NCBI GenBank assembly: GCA_013115145.1
Contig: JAAPAO010000121.1
Span: 6,392 to 70,391, forward strand
DNA: 64,000 nt
Source of the DNA: Perkinsus chesapeaki ATCC PRA-425
Taxonomy: Eukaryota; Protista; Perkinsozoa
Direction: 5' to 3'
In this document: positions 34,679 through 45,439 of the stretch, piece by piece
Layout: each line of letters opens with the position of its first letter
How positions within the stretch are numbered: the first letter of the stretch is position 1
Notes under the pieces: generated by a model
The model's database searches: none
What the model was told of the DNA's origin: nothing
Seen by the model: only the letters and a program-made list of their open reading frames with translations
Position numbers and translations under genes: made by a program

Positions 34679-37600
34679 GGATTGTTCGAATTGCTTGCCC
34701 GCACTCTGGTGTTTCGGTTTTCCTGCTGCTTTGTTAGTCTGAACGCAACAAGATCGATTGAGCGAGACTCGCTAGTGAGAAATAGCGCGGAGATATTTCT
34801 ACAATAGACGCTACATACACTCGAGAATGCCATAACTTATGGCCCATGAGGCTACAACAAAAGGCTACCACAAAGGGTATACATTACAACAACAGAAATT
34901 TGTAAGGTGGATAAAGCCTTATTATGGCTTGGGACTCAAGAGGCCTCAAATAAGCCAACACCGAGTATCAGACTGGATACTAAGCAAGTTCACTGAAATT
35001 GAAAGACTAGACCCTCTCGAACAGAGGTACTATAATAGTACTACTATTCTTCAGGGCAGTAGCAGGCCAGGTAGAACGGGGTCGTAGTGCATTTGCACGT
35101 GTCTCTACACGGGAAGCATACAGAAGTAGACCCCTGCATCCCTCTCAGAGCACGGTTAGCTTCCAGTTGTAGACTCTGGCCAGGGTTAGGGAAGAATAAT
35201 GCTGCGCAGATGTAGAGGAGACGCATGTGTGTGCAACAGTTCAACAGCTATAAAGGCCTTGGTATACAAGCCTTAGTGAGCGAGGTATGTGATAAATCAT
35301 GTGCCTCGAGGGGTTTGGAGTTCAAGACGCGAGCAAGATGCCTAAGCTATTTCTATCATCGGTCACGACTCGTGACATTTCATGTCACAGTTTGCAACCC
35401 AGCAAGGCGGTAACATGTTCCAAGCTGCTAGGTGGTGGGCTTCTTAGGCGACATAGGGAGAGAATTCGCTGTGGTGCGGCTTATGCCACAGGCTTCCTGA
35501 GGCATGGTAATCTTAGAATGCTCGAAATTGTTAAATCCAAGACTTGCATTGCAAGTTCAAATGAGACAACAGCAGCAACAATGACAAGGTTGCCGAGTCT
35601 GGCACGGTGATGTGGGCTTGGTGACATAGTTCGGAAAGTACATCTGCATTCACATTTACGTCGGTTATTCAAGTACAGCTGTTAGGGCCGTAATCAGCTA
35701 CCTAACGTACCATACCTCCCTACTACAGAGTTCGTATTTATGGAGGTACGTGATAGCCAGGTGAGTTGTCCCACCAGCTGGTGGATTTTCTCGACGTGCC
35801 ACTGGCGTGAGTAGGGGTGTGACACCATCGGTGTTAATGTGTTATACGCTTGCTCTACGAACGAATCATGAATCAGTGATTCTTTGATGGCGTACGATAT
35901 GACACTAACATGAATTATGCTGTACGAAATAAGCTTGTACCAGTTTGACCGCGTACGAGTTTAACTCTGTACCAGCTTGCACTGTACGATGTATTACTCA
36001 CCCTCGATTCGTGCCTTGTGTGTGACAAGTTGTCAGCGACAAACTGTCTGTGCTGGTATCGTGCACGATATGGTGATGGCTCACGCGATAATGTCGTTGT
36101 ACGAATTGTCTGTTTCGGTTGTTGCTACTTTGTGTTTGGGTACTGCACCGGCTTTATTGCGGTATGCTTGTGCGTCACCGTGACACTGTCACGTGTCTCA
36201 CTTGCTGTGTGATTTTACCCTTGTCGATTACCTCCTGACAGCAGGCTGCTGTGAAATCACTGCCATGATGTGTTCATTTTTGTCATAGTCATCTTGGTGT
36301 ACATCTAACGGGAACACACCTCCAACTCTGTACATCGATGATAAGATGAGAGACTTTGAAAAGAAACGTGAAATACTTGCGTCATCGTTTGCCCGTATCA
36401 TGCTTGCGGTGAGAGTCTCACGGTGAGAGCCACGCAGAACCCAGCGGCCGGGAAAATTTAAACGCTTGATAATCAAGCCATGATTGTCTGTTCTTTGCAG
36501 GCATTAATAGTTAAGGCTTAATTTGGCGTGAGTTCCGTAATTCGAAGCTGTACTAAATGGTTTTATGCCAAGGAAATGTTGCGCTTTAAGCGAAGCGATG
36601 CAAATGACGTTCCCATTCCCGGGAACACAAGAGCGTTGAGTGCGAAATTGTTCTGGAGCTACGATCCAATGTTCTGGAAGCCTTCCAGAAAAATATCGGG
36701 AAGCCATTATTTGAGCACGACTGAAGGTATGGTTTTGGAAAGCGATCTTCAATAGCGGTCCTGGGGGTCCTGTTCAACATAATCGGGTCGTTCAATAGAC
36801 TAGTTTTGAAACTCACAACCGGTTCTGGAACTGGTTTTGGGTAAACCGTGGTCACAGAGCCAGTTCCGTCAAAGTTTGATGAACGAGCCGAATGCATCCA
36901 ATCACTGGAATCGGCACAAGCGTGCTAGATCGATTAGAATGGCGCGCGCGCCGAGAAGAGTCGCCACGGTCACCAGAAAGTACCGGACGTTGACCTGTTG
37001 GTAACGATTGCATTGAGCTGCGGTACGGCTACTCGCCTCCCGAGGTTATAGGCTAACGCCAGTTGCTTCCAGAAAGTGTACGCCACTAACTCGCACATCT
37101 TTTCAAATATCTTCGAAGTTTCAAGGATGAAGGCTATTCTGAAGTTGATTAATATTTTTAATTTTATGGGCTCCTCGGAGATGGCAGCTGAAAATTCAAG
37201 GAGAGAAGCCAATCCAGTTGCGGCTCGCTACATTACTTCTTACCAAGAGTACTTTCCATTCTGGCGCTCTCTCGGCAACAGCCACACTGTGGAAGGCCAC
37301 AACGTCCCGACAGTCAGCCAGGTGGCAGCAAAATCTATTTTACACTGGAAATTTCCTCTCGATAGGTTCTCGAGAAGAATTCGGGGTCGCGGCTAGTGCA
37401 GCCACCGATGAAGCTGAAAATTGATATGAGGCAGTTCAAGATTTTGGACGACTTCAGACGAGTAACACGGCCGGTGATCTCGTGGTGGCAAGGGTTGCTT
37501 TAGGCTACACGGGAGAGGCAGGCGGAGAGGATACTGTCGGCCCATACCATTCCCAGTAGTAGTCATGCTGATTTACGTGACTCACTGTAACGTATTCAGA

Positions 37601-38096
37601 GAAGTTCCCGGTTACCGAAAATGACGTGTCGGGGCATGTTGACAGTAGGATTAAGCAACATCCATTGTAGTAGGCGGAGCGGGTTTAGAGGGTCACGTGT
37701 GGGACAGGTACGCTACAACTAGTGCTCTTGTAGGGAAGGATCGACCAATGCAGCATCAGCTAGCGGAGCGGTAATACGGGGAGGGGGCTTGGAGATATGG
37801 AGGGATATTATACAGATACTTCCCGATGAACAATGATTTTACTAATAAATTCACGGACCTCCGGCCGAGGTAGCGCTGCGATTGGGAAGCATAATTTTTA
37901 GCATTTTTCAAGGTACTGTGGGCTAAATACCAAACCACGGCCGAGTAGGATCCATAAGGACTTGGATGAGTTCTATTAACGGTTCTAGCGGCCATGTGCG
38001 CAGTAATGGTGTTATAAATATAACAGCTTTTAGTTAACTAATTCGGGAAATGATTTCCTTCAGGGGGCATTACTGTGTTAATATTTTTCCTTCCTA

Positions 38097-40690
38097 ATGA
38101 AGCCCTCAGCTGGGCTAATGTCCCCCTTCCATCTTACTGTACTGTATCTATACGTAGCATATTATCTTACTACTGTACTGGTTTCTGCTGCAGCAGCGGC
38201 GTCCTTTGCTCCAGCGCGTGGTGCTGCTGGTGTGAACGGAAGGTCCGCCAAATTAAGTACAAGATCGTTGGAAGGGCGTAGAAGGAGCTTGCATATTATT
38301 GTTGAGAGGGTCGTCGATGCCGGCGATGAAGTTTCGCTGAATTTCGATCTCACGGTCGAGGCGACTGCTAACGTTGCAAACGAGTATCTTTGCCAGCTGC
38401 CCAACTCGACCGAGTTGTTCGCCCAAGCTGGTTATCGGTTCCTTGCTATTGATGAGACTCAGTCCATGGAGAAGGTGCAGGTTACAGCTTGTGAGCGATC
38501 GGATGCGGATGGTTCTGGAACGGTCCCGCCGCTTCCCGAGCAACCAGAAGCGTTGGCATTCGGTAATAGGGAAAATGGGACAGGTTCTAGCATATTAGTC
38601 GCAAGTATGATATAACAGATAGGGTAGCTAGTGTATAATATAACAGATAGGGTAGCTAGTGTATAATATAAAAGATAGGGTAGCTAGGGTATAATATAAA
38701 AGATAGGGTAGCTAGGGTATAATATAACAGATAGGGTAGCTAGGGTATAATATAAAAGATAGGGTAGCTAGGNNNNNNNNNNNNNNNNNNNNNNNNNNNN
38801 NNNNNNNNNNNNNNNNNNNNNNNNNNNNNNNNNNNNNNNNNNNNNNNNNNNNNNNNNNNNNNNNNNNNNNNGTATAATATAAAAGATAGGGTAGCTAGGG
38901 TATAATATAACAGATAGGGTAGCTAGGGTATAATATAACAGATAGGGTAGCTAGGGTATAATATAACAGATAGGGCAGATATGTTGAATACCGCAAAACA
39001 ACACCCAGTAGGGTTGCGAGGAGCGGCGTCACGAAGGCGTCACGGAGGCGTCATGTCACCGCCTGCCACTGTGGGGTATAATATAACATATAGCGTACAA
39101 AAGATATTGTAGAGAGTAAACTGTATAATGTTAAACCGGACAAGCCGAGAGTATTAAATTCACAACTGCAGATATTGTCTGCCGGCTCCTTGCCTTTAGG
39201 GTTGTTGTCAGTACTGGTTTCATTTCTGCCCCTTCCCTCACAAGTGTTATATAAAGGGCAGATGTGACTGGGGACTGTATTTAGGTTGCAGCGCTTTCCA
39301 GGCTAACTCTGCAATGGGCCCCAATGAGCTGTGTATGGCCGAGGGGAGGGAAGCTTATGACTACTTCAAGTCACCGGTGCCGGCAGGCTTCGATAGCCAA
39401 TGCAACTGCGCTCAGGCGACCAGGTGATAAGAAGCGGATCTTAGGTTGAAGAGCGCTTTTGCTTAGATGCAAGGACGGCGTATCGTGGCCTGTAAATAAG
39501 GAGGGTAACACCTACCCCGGCACGACTGCTGAAACGGCATGGTGGGAAGCTACTAGGGATAATGAGTGGAAGTATGAGGTACGTGTGTAGTTTTGGGGCG
39601 CAGTGAGAAAAAGCTTATCACCATCATCAGACGGCGGTTTGTACTATTACTGGGTGTTCTTGTTGGCTGGCGTGCACCAGTCAGGAGTACGATCCGTGCA
39701 AGAAGGAGTTCCTTGGAGATGGCGAGCTGACGGTTAACCAGATGAACCAGTACCTTTATGAAGGCTACCCACTGCCGCCGACCCATGAAGACACTGGCTC
39801 ATCGAAGGACGTCAGTGTTAAGCCGGATTATAGGGTTCGGTACAAGGTGACAGGGTATGCTGACATGAAGGCAGCGGTAGCAGACGCCGCACGCATCCGA
39901 AAGCTGGCCCCGGATTTGGGTGCCTCGGTGCAGATGGCTTTTGATACGGCGGCCAACGTGAGCTTGACAGAGGAGAACTCCATCGAGATGCTGCAGGTGG
40001 ACAGCCCGATATCCAGCGGAGATTCACAGGCCATGCTGGGGACCTTCAGCTATGTGGGGATACTACCATCGACCTTCCAAGCCTGCGCTTCGAACGTCGC
40101 TATTAGTGCCTTTGCGAGGGAAAACCGGAACACACAAGTGGCAGTGGAGAGCGATACGAGCGAGGTTAAGGTGTATACGGAAGTGCCGGCTGATGGGGAT
40201 GGGCAAGGGTCGGAAGAAGCCATGGAAGGATTGATAACGGGTAAATTACTGAGGAGCTGCGCCAGCCCGGCTAGCATTAACAAGAACGATATACCTGTCA
40301 TCGAGATGGAGAAGGCGCCGGAGCCAACGAATCCACCGAGCAAAGATAGTTCGAGTTTGCCATGGTAGCTCGCAGCTGAGGGATCATCGATGAACGTCCT
40401 GCTGTGATAGGTACGCGTGGTTCTTGATAGCCATTGGCATCGTACTGGTGATAGCTGCCGCGGTGTATATTTGGTGGGTTCTTTCATCAAGACGGAAGCA
40501 TAGGGAGAGCCGCATTAAACTGGCAGAGGCCGATGAAAGTGGCAGCGGAGAGGGCGGTCTCATCGCACCCGCTACGGGATATATTGATGACGATGCTGAC
40601 ATGGCCACGGTTACTGGCATTGGGGTAGGTGGGAGGCCCTTGCTTCAAATAGAACCTTCCCATTTCGTTAGTAGCAGCGAGAAGCAATGA
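38097..40690 (+). CDS. Cys-rich type I membrane protein (signal, extracellular Cys modules, TM, acidic tail), paralog 1
   Basis: Phase-consistent exons: leader..ENGT^GCSAF..LCMAEGREAYDYF..QCNCAQAT^RCKDG..WKYE^TAVCTITGCSCWLAC...^WYAWFLIAIGIVLVIAAAVYIWWVL (TM) followed by SSRRKHR. Confidence 0.7.
38611..38975. repeat. 28-bp tandem minisatellite spanning an assembly gap, intronic
   Basis: Unit gtataatataa(c/a)agatagggtagctag(g/t), at least 9 copies around the N-gap at 38773-38871. Confidence 0.95.
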
Positions 40691-41149
40691 CGGAGATGAT
40701 CTCTTTGGCCTTTTCTGTCTCTTTTTTATGATTTTCTTCCGCGCCACGTCACGGCTCCGATATGCGCCTATTCCACGCTACGCCGCCGGCTGCATCTTCC
40801 CTTTCAGAGTATTTCCACCCATGCTCGCCTGCCGTCATCAAACACTCAACGAACTTCCCCGGCAGTGGAAGTCCCGACGGCGGTGGTTTCCGTTAATGCT
40901 GACGGTTCACTGTAAGAAATGGAGACGTTGACGTGTCACCGCTGCCCTTAGGACGCCTCGACTGCCGCTAGCCCCGAAGAACCCCCAAATGAAGTCCCCT
41001 AGCTCTCTGATAATGATGACGCCGGACTCGCACTGCGGTCAATGGGATCGGCTACGGTCGCATGAGGCGCCTTACTAATTACTACCGCCTTAGCCTTGTT
41101 ATTATATAATAGATGTCTAGAGCTTTAGAAGCTCTAGGTTATTTAGATG

Positions 41150-41620
41150 CTGCCAAGTGTGATTATCCTCCTCATGCTTCGCCCTCCGCGCGGCGTCTCA
41201 TCTGTCTAGTATCTCTGTTACTTACTGCTGCTGCTGCTGCTGTTGCTGCAAATCTTCCATGGTTTGTCCAGCGGTAGCCAGTATCCCTAACTCTCCCTCC
41301 TCCGTTCACTAAAGTGTGTATTAACCGCAACTCTCCTGTGGATGTAAATTTTTGACTGTCGTTGTCAAGCTATTTCCTCTTATCAGTTGATGATGATCTT
41401 CATGTATCTGATTCTTCGTGTCACATAATCTCCAACTCTGACCCTCTCCCCAAGGCCGGGCGAAGAGGCTCCTCAGTAAGGCTTAGACGACGTTAGGCTT
41501 CTTTGAGTGCGGCTCTTGTCTTCAATACTTCTGCTGTGCTGCTGCTCAGTCAACGGATCTATTGTTCACGCCCCTTATCTGTTCCGTTTCACAACCCTAG
41601 CCGCCGTGAGAGGGCTTTGA
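41150..41620 (-). pseudogene. Degenerate coiled-coil-like coding relic with in-frame stops
   Basis: Minus frame reads DKGREQ*IR*LSSSTAEVLKTRAALKEA*RRLSLTEE with splice-like signals nearby. No homology assigned. Confidence 0.3.
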
Positions 41621-41709
41621 CGAACACTTAGGCGGGTGGCAGCAGTGCTCTGTCTCTTTCATTGTACTTTTCTCGGCGTACCTCTTTTATTGTGTTACGC
41701 CGCGACAAA

Positions 41710-43219
41710 ATGCTACTTCCTGTGCAGTTGTTTATGTCCCTTTTGCGGTCATCATCGTCATGCTTGGCGATGGTGGTGCCACTTTTTATGGTGATTAATA
41801 GTAGCCTGTCGATAATAGTGCGCAACGAGGAGAGTAGCGGAAGTTTAGCCAGCCTTCAGATCGAGTTGAGCATTGGCTTTGTTGACACGGGCCCGGAGGC
41901 CTTCTGTGGCTGGGCGCCTCAATTGATTGGTTCACTCTTGAATGAGAGCAACGCCTATGATATGAGCGTCTGCAGCCGGACGGGATCGGTCCTGCCCAGT
42001 TCGGCCAAAGCTCTCTTCGATGCCTGTCAAACACAGTGGGTGCCAGGGAGACTTTTAACGAAGGAGGGGTACTGCGCCGCGCAATGCACTGCCGCATACG
42101 ACGCACTTCATATCAAACCGCTGGGGTTCTATTCTCTCGGGGAGTGCCAATGTGGGAAGGCTGCCCAGTGAGTAGAAAAATAGCTTTGCTCTTGCATGCT
42201 GTTGTTAGGTGTGTCGATGGTGAGTTGATTCCAAAAATCCCCAAGTTGAGCACGGACACCGGCTCCTTGGACATGTGGGCGAGAGCTATAGCCTCGCCAG
42301 ACTGGCGCTTCAGGGTAAGGGATCATTGCTGCTGCTGCTGCCATGGCAACCTGTCTCTTCTCAGACCGCCACTTGTGAGACATGCGGATGCTCTTGTTGG
42401 ATAGCATGCACTCCCGCGAAGCTTATGTGCGACACAAATGGCAAGATGGTTCCGTCAGAGAACTTAACCTACAATGACGTATCAAAGTACATGTATGCCG
42501 ACCAGCTCGCTATCAACGAAGTCCCTTCTAACACCAGATCTGGCATTTACACTATAAGGGCGCAGAAGCCCGTTTCCGACTTCTCTGTCGGCACGCAAGA
42601 TGGCACCTTCATTATTGACTGGGCGTCGACTAATTTATCAGATAAGGTCCTCGATTCTTTGGCATCACCCGGTAGACCGCCGAGTGTTCTATTTCGAGAT
42701 GACAGTGCTAGATTGACAAGCGTGATACTGCAAGAGCAGAATCTTCCCGACGATCAGCTAGTCAGAATCATCTCTGCAGTAGGGTACATTGGCATCGCTC
42801 CCGAGTCATTCGTCACATGTGCTCAAGATTTTATTACGTCGGTGGTGCCTTACTGCGATGAAATATCTGTATTAATAGACTCGAATTCAAGCATTAGAGC
42901 CGGTATCACTTGCAGTTCTATTCGGAGCGTTTATCTTCTAATAAAAGCGGTCAGCATCAGTGACGGAGGAACTATTTTCACGCAGTGCGGAGGCAGCAGT
43001 GGTATCTTTTGGAATTCGCATGCTCCTTTAGCTACAATAAGATCCAGAGGGAAACGTAAGGACGTACCGGCAACCTCTGGTTTGGGGTGGTGGGCGTGGA
43101 TGCTCATAGGCCTATGTATATTGTTATTTATTGGCTTGATCCTATCGGTCTTCATAGGAAGGTATTGGCGCACCCACAATAAAGGTTCCACGGTGCCACT
43201 TTTCAATCCCGTAAGATAA
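41710..43219 (+). CDS. Cys-rich type I membrane protein, paralog 2 (cytoplasmic tail may splice on to about 43500)
   Basis: YCAAQCTAAYDAL..ECQCGKAA^QCVDG..WRFR^TATCETCGCSCWIAC..GYIGIAPESFVTCA..TM WWAWMLIGLCILLFIGLILSVFIG. Motifs and two intron positions are shared with 38097-40690. Confidence 0.72.
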
Positions 43220-43792
43220 CCCTTCCTACAGCTCTGGCTAATGAATCTTTGTCAGGAGGACACATCCTCGGGAGATGGGGTCCACCGCAGTAGCAGTAAT
43301 CTGGTAACACCGACTGCGGCCGTTGATCCAGAAACGGGGTAAGGCTTCCTTATTGGAGATAATGCAGCTTCTTCCTATCTCAGAGTTCCGGTGTTGCCCT
43401 TTACTAAGAAGAATCCTACAACGCCGAACACTATAAGGTCTCTCAGCCAACTCTCCAGCGGTACATCATCGATAAACCCTCGCCCACTTCGCGTGGCTCA
43501 GGAGTCCCCGTTCTAAATCTGCTCTCGATAGTGTCGTATGAAGATCGTCTTCAGACGTTTACTTGCAAAATATAATAGCTTTCGATTATAACTTTATTTG
43601 GAGTGCTCAGGCTCGCTTAGTAGGGCTCCGAGCAGGTCAGCTTGCAGAGGGCTTTTACTGTAACAACAATGGTGGCTCTGAGGTATTACCTTTATTGCAA
43701 ATCATTATCCTTCTTATAGTCATAGGACTTGGGTTTGCCGCAGTAAATTTGGAGGCTAATAAAAGTTGCCCGTTCACCATTCACGTGCTCCT

Positions 43793-45198
43793 ATGCAAAC
43801 AGACTTTGATTGCTACGAGACTCTCGGAATAGCTTGGTCCAATCGACTGCATGAGATTGTCGTGGTAGACCCTGCCAAGGTAACCATCGAACGACATAAA
43901 CTTTGACAATTGAACACGCGAATCACAGGTCCGTCAGTTGTACTCGCACAGTACACTGTCGACTGCCCTGCAACAACGGAGGAAACTTGTAGGCAATCCT
44001 CTCCCATCTGTAGCCATACACATTCGACAGGGAAATATTCAGCAGCAGTTTGAGGAACTCATAGAAGCACTTGGAATGGGGAGCGCAAAAGCACAAGTAC
44101 CACACGGTATAAAATAATGATATACATCACACACCTGCCTGCAGGGCCTGCGCGCACCGATAACAACAGCGATGCATCTACGGACGTCAGAGTGTCGCGT
44201 GTACCTGTATGTGGAGAAGCGTCGTGCGCTAGGCCTCCTTAAGGCACCGCGTGGTCTCGAAGCGCGAGTCCATAACTTAGACCTTATCAGGTTGGCTGCA
44301 AAAGGCTGTTCGTCGCCCATGAAGACTCTCCGCTCATTGAGATCCTCCCGCTTTGTGTAAGAGAGGCAACGATCGAACGCGAGCTCGACACTCAGGTTTT
44401 GGATTTTTACGTTCATGAGAGCTGTCAAAGATGTGGTGTTGGCCTCGCATTATTTCAAGCTATGCTAGATCGGGAAGGAGTCCATCCGGCAAGCATCGGT
44501 AACTCCATCGGCGAGTAGATGCCAATCACCGTATGGTCTGGCCAGCGTATGACAGGCCCTCACCAAAACTGCTCAGCTTCCTTTCTAAACACTATCGTCT
44601 GGATAAGTATTCCCCACAAGCTAATAAGTTCGTCATTTTCTCTGAGTACGTCGCCCGTCGTATCGCAACCTACAAATGGCTGATTGAGGTACTTTAAGAA
44701 AGAGCGCAAGTTATACTTGAAGCAAGAAGTCAGAGCATGCGTTGATGCCTTCTCGAAGCCCTCACAGTCGGACTTTGCGAAGAAGCGCGTAGACGCTCCT
44801 ACATACCAAAGCACTCATAACGAACTGCTAAACTTCGAACCTACGACAATGGCTTTAAAGAAAGGGGACGGGAGTGAAAACGAAGAAGAACTGAACACGC
44901 AAGATGCTCTCAGCAGCGTCGCACAGGTGGGGCTCACATTCGCGAAGCTTGTATTGTCGCCGGCAACAGGTGATAGCTGATGTACCGAGCTTAGGCAGGG
45001 CTGCTCTCTCTGGTTGCGAAAGGCAACACCAACTGGAGATGATAGCCCTGCAGAGAAGCCTCAACGAGTCTCAGAAGAAGCTGGATTCGATGAAAGCGGA
45101 GAGTCAGCAAAATTCGGCTCAGGTGAGGGAGACGTCTCATCACACCGGAGGTCTCTTTGTTCTAGGTTACAACCTATACGCTACGACGGCCATTCTGA
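43793..45198 (+). CDS. ATAT1: Alpha-tubulin N-acetyltransferase (MEC-17/ATAT1) with coiled-coil C-terminal extension; 3' end approximate
   Basis: Spliced: [12 protein letters not shown].., GMGSAKAQ^[12 protein letters not shown]^[14 protein letters not shown]^[22 protein letters not shown]^[23 protein letters not shown]. These are diagnostic MEC-17 motifs. Confidence 0.92.
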
Positions 45199-45439
45199 AG
45201 GAGTGAGCAACACGCCGATTGAATTTCAGCAATAACGGAGTCACTCAGCGTGTTCAGTGTTGAGTGATGAGGAATGCCAAGAGTGTAGCTTTCATTGGTA
45301 TTTTGGGGCACAATGAGTGGCGCTAAAGATTATCCTTCGACTACCGTCAGCTTGCTCTCAATAGGACTTCAGTTACATGGAGATGGGATTTTAAATAAGT
45401 AGGCCTCTTGTCTATAGAGCCATAGTTATTAGAGCTATA

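Noticed and set aside
36230-37424. Possible spliced hypothetical gene or pseudogene (ORFs of 75-106 aa, some splice-like sites)
   Set aside because: No coherent model or recognisable motif could be supported.
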